Below are positions 61,240 through 64,000 of a DNA stretch of 64,000 bases, in pieces. The stretch lies in the IMG/VR virus record IMGVR_UViG_2802429318_000001, positions 1 through 64,000 of that record. One strand, written 5' to 3'. This DNA is from a virus. Its lineage: Duplodnaviria; Caudoviricetes. Below the pieces are notes generated by a model, which ran no database searches, was not told the origin of the DNA, and saw nothing but the letters and a program-made list of their open reading frames with translations. The first letter of the stretch is position 1, and the number at the start of each line of letters is the position of its first letter. The position numbers and the translations under genes were made by a program.

Positions 61240-64000
61240 ATGGCAGAGGTCGCCGACCTGTGGGTCACCCTGCGCGCCGAGACCGCACCCTTCACCCGCG
61301 GCATGCGCCGGGCCTCGGAGGAAGGCGAATCCTTCACAAGCCGCATGGGCGGCGCCTCGGCGATGCTCAAGAAGCTCGGCGCCGCCACCACCCTGGTCGG
61401 CGTCGGCTTCGTCGCCTACGGCGTGAAGGCCGCCGGCGACTTCCAGCAGAAAATGAACCTGCTGGTCACCGCCTGCGGCGAGTCGACGAAGAACCTCAAG
61501 AAGGTCTCCGACGGCGTCCTGTCCCTCGCCCGGGAGACGGGCACGTCGACCGACGAACTGTCCGACGGCATGTATCAGGTCGAGAAGGCCGGCTACCGAG
61601 CCGGGGACGGCCTGAAGGTCTTGAAGGCCGCGTCGCAAGGTGCACGCGAGGAGGGCGCGAGCCTCAAGGACGTCACCAACGCCATGACGAGCGTCATGGC
61701 GAGCTATCACCTCAAGGCGAGCGACAGCACGAGGGTGATGAATGCCCTCAAGACGGCCGCCGGTGAGGGCAAGATGACCATGGAGGAGTTCTCGGGCAGC
61801 CTGTCCACGGTCATCCCGATCGCCTCCGCCAACAAGATCTCGTTCGGTGAGGTCGGCGGCGCGATCGCCACCCTGACTCAGCACGGCACCTCCGCGCGCG
61901 AGGCGACGCAGGAACTCTCCTCCACGATCCGCCAGTTGGCGGCGCCGAACGCAGTCGCCGTGCAGGAGATGCAGCGCCTCGGCCTGTCCTCCACGGACGT
62001 GTCCACGAAGCTGGGCAAGCGCGGCCTCACGGGGACGCTGGACCTGCTGTCCCAGACGGTGCTCAGCAAGATGGGCAAGTCCGGCACGCTCCTGCTCTCC
62101 ACCTTCAACCAGACCAAGCAGGCGTCGGCCGACCTCAAGACCATGCTCGGCTCGATGCCGAAGTCCGTTCAGGGCATGGCCACGAGCCTGTCCAAGGGCG
62201 CCATGTCCGTCGGCGACTACAAGAAGGCGATCAAGAGCCTCCCGGCCGACCAGAACGCGATGGGCGCCCAGTTCCTCGCCCTCTACCAGCGCTCGCACGG
62301 CTTCAACGACGCACTCAAGAGGGGCGGCCCGGCAGCCCAGACGTACACCGAGGCCATCAAAAAGATGACGGGTGGCGCCATCGGTCTCAACACGACGCTG
62401 CAGCTCACAGGCGAGTCCTCCGCCGGGTTCAAGGACCGCGTGGACAAGGTCTCCGAGTCCTTCAACCACGCCTCGAAGGACGTTGAGGGCTGGAAGATCA
62501 CCCAGCAGTCCTTCAACGTCCAGATGGGCCGCCTCAAGGAAGCCGTCACCACGGCCGCCATCACCGTCGGCACCAAGCTGATCCCGGTCATCCTCAAGGT
62601 CGTCACCTTCTTCGAGAAGCACAAGGCGGCCGCAATCGCGCTCGCCGCGGTCATCGGCGGAGTGCTGACGGCAGCCGTGATCAGCTTCGCGACCGGAGCG
62701 GTGATCGGCGCGGTCAAAGGCATCGGCGACCTCGGCAAGGGCCTCATGGCCGCATCGAAGGCCGTGAAGGCCTTCGCTCTGTCCGAGAAGGTCGCTGCCG
62801 CAGCCTCGAAGATCTTCGCTGCCGGTCAGGCACTGGTGAACGCCGTCATGGACGCGAACCCGATCGTCTTGGTCGTGATCGCGCTCGTCGCTCTCACTGC
62901 TGGACTGATCTACGCCTACAACCACTGCGCACGCTTCCGGCAGATCGTGCAGTCGGCGTTCGCCGGGGTGAGGACCGCCGCTGTCGCGGTTTGGCACGCG
63001 CTGCAGGCAGTGTGGACCGGCATCGTCGGCGGAGTCACCTCGCTGTGGCACGGCATCGTCGGCGTCTGGCAGCGCATCGCGGCAATCACCAGCGTCGTGT
63101 GGGGCGCGATCGCAGGGTTCTTCAAGAAGTGGTGGCCATTGCTCTTGGTCATCTTCGCCTTGCCGATCGCCATCCTGGTCGCCATCTGGAACCACTGGCA
63201 CACCCAGATCACGAGCGCCTGCCAGACCGCCTGGAATGCCATCCTCGGCTTCCTCAAGGGCTGCTGGGACGTGATCAAGGGCGCCGCATCCGTCGTCTGG
63301 GCCGTCATCGCCACGGTGATCATCGAGCCGATGATGGGCGTCTGGCACATGCTCCAGTCGGTCTGGCACACCATCTCCGGCTGGCTCAGCTCCGCCTGGG
63401 GCGCCATCCGAAGCGCCGCCGCATCCGTCTGGGGCCGGATCTCGTCGGCCATGAGCGGACCGGTGAAGTCGGCCTGGCGCACCATCTCCTCGACGATGGG
63501 CCAGGTCAAGGACGTCATCGGCAACAAGCTCAACCAGGCCTGGAGCGCAGCGAAGAACTGGGGCAGCAAGTTCCTGTCGATCGGCAAGAGCATCGTCATG
63601 GGCATGGTCCACGGCGTAGCGAACGCCGCCGGCGCGCTGTTCGGCGCGCTGAAGCATCTGGCCAGTAGCGCGCTCGACAAAGCCAAGTCGTTCCTCGGCA
63701 TCAACTCGCCGTCCAAGCTGTTCGCCGACCACGTGGGCAGCTCCATCCCCGAGGGCATGGCCAAGGGCGTCACGGACCATGCCCACCTCGCGCACGCGGC
63801 CATCCGCGGCACCGCGAACGGGATGGTCTCCGAGGCCCAGAAGACCCTCGGCATCGCCAGCCCCTCGAAGGTCTTCCGCAACATCGGGATCTACCTCAAC
63901 GAGGGCCTGATCGAGGGTCTGACCGGGAGCACGGCCAAGGTCAAGGCAGCGACGAAGCGGATCGAGACGCTGCTCATCCAGACCTTCAACAAGGTCTCCG
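61240..64000 (+). CDS. tape measure protein (truncated at the window end; not in the ORF track)
   Basis: GGAGGT RBS; MAEVADLWVTLRAET...; open to the end; ANPIVLV, Trp-spaced repeats, LGINSPSK and LGIASPSKVF. Confidence 0.93.
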   Translation, partial: MAEVADLWVTLRAETAPFTRGMRRASEEGESFTSRMGGASAMLKKLGAATTLVGVGFVAYGVKAAGDFQQKMNLLVTACGESTKNLKKVSDGVLSLARETGTSTDELSDGMYQVEKAGYRAGDGLKVLKAASQGAREEGASLKDVTNAMTSVMASYHLKASDSTRVMNALKTAAGEGKMTMEEFSGSLSTVIPIASANKISFGEVGGAIATLTQHGTSAREATQELSSTIRQLAAPNAVAVQEMQRLGLSSTDVSTKLGKRGLTGTLDLLSQTVLSKMGKSGTLLLSTFNQTKQASADLKTMLGSMPKSVQGMATSLSKGAMSVGDYKKAIKSLPADQNAMGAQFLALYQRSHGFNDALKRGGPAAQTYTEAIKKMTGGAIGLNTTLQLTGESSAGFKDRVDKVSESFNHASKDVEGWKITQQSFNVQMGRLKEAVTTAAITVGTKLIPVILKVVTFFEKHKAAAIALAAVIGGVLTAAVISFATGAVIGAVKGIGDLGKGLMAASKAVKAFALSEKVAAAASKIFAAGQALVNAVMDANPIVLVVIALVALTAGLIYAYNHCARFRQIVQSAFAGVRTAAVAVWHALQAVWTGIVGGVTSLWHGIVGVWQRIAAITSVVWGAIAGFFKKWWPLLLVIFALPIAILVAIWNHWHTQITSACQTAWNAILGFLKGCWDVIKGAASVVWAVIATVIIEPMMGVWHMLQSVWHTISGWLSSAWGAIRSAAASVWGRISSAMSGPVKSAWRTISSTMGQVKDVIGNKLNQAWSAAKNWGSKFLSIGKSIVMGMVHGVANAAGALFGALKHLASSALDKAKSFLGINSPSKLFADHVGSSIPEGMAKGVTDHAHLAHAAIRGTANGMVSEAQKTLGIASPSKVFRNIGIYLNEGLIEGLTGSTAKVKAATKRIETLLIQTFNKVS

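Larger units (their letters stand above)
1031..64000. mobile_element. integrated prophage (siphovirus-like), truncated by the window's right edge
   Basis: Integrase, repressor/Cro, recombination and replication genes, terminase, portal, protease, capsid, tail tube, chaperone and tape measure in phage order. Confidence 0.97.

Noticed and set aside
61219-63795. 858-aa minus-strand ORF
   Set aside because: Shadow of the tape measure gene, which the track omits only because it has no stop in the window.

Overview
High-GC actinobacterial (Streptomyces-like) DNA. About 1 kb of host sequence is followed by the left ~63 kb of an integrated siphovirus-like prophage that runs off the right edge inside the tape-measure gene. 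The left junction is recognisable: a 5'-truncated fragment of uppP/bacA (902-1030, minus strand) abuts the stop codon of a tyrosine integrase, so the phage appears to integrate inside uppP. Gene order: integrase, repressor/Cro switch, early recombination/replication genes (PD-(D/E)XK exonuclease, Gp3-like protein, DnaQ, RuvC, C5 methyltransferase, WhiB, YfdP/YfdQ pair, DnaB-N/AAA helicase with an internal iteron cluster), then a long accessory region (DUF5131, N4/N6 methyltransferase, SLOG + HAD + nucleotidyltransferase, Fic, GIY-YIG-GntR, WYL), a pre-terminase fibre module, and the head and tail genes. The best candidate for an undescribed system is at 30.5-35.8 kb. It is a plasmid-like spread (Spd) membrane operon behind a symmetric bidirectional promoter, it carries clustered GATCCGGA repeats read in all three frames (clt/TRS-like), and it ends in a membrane-anchored TraB-like winged helix with no ATPase. 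Also notable are a 2H-phosphoesterase-MuF head protein and pairs of related hairpins that bracket single accessory genes. All family assignments come from motif recognition by eye; no database searches were run.
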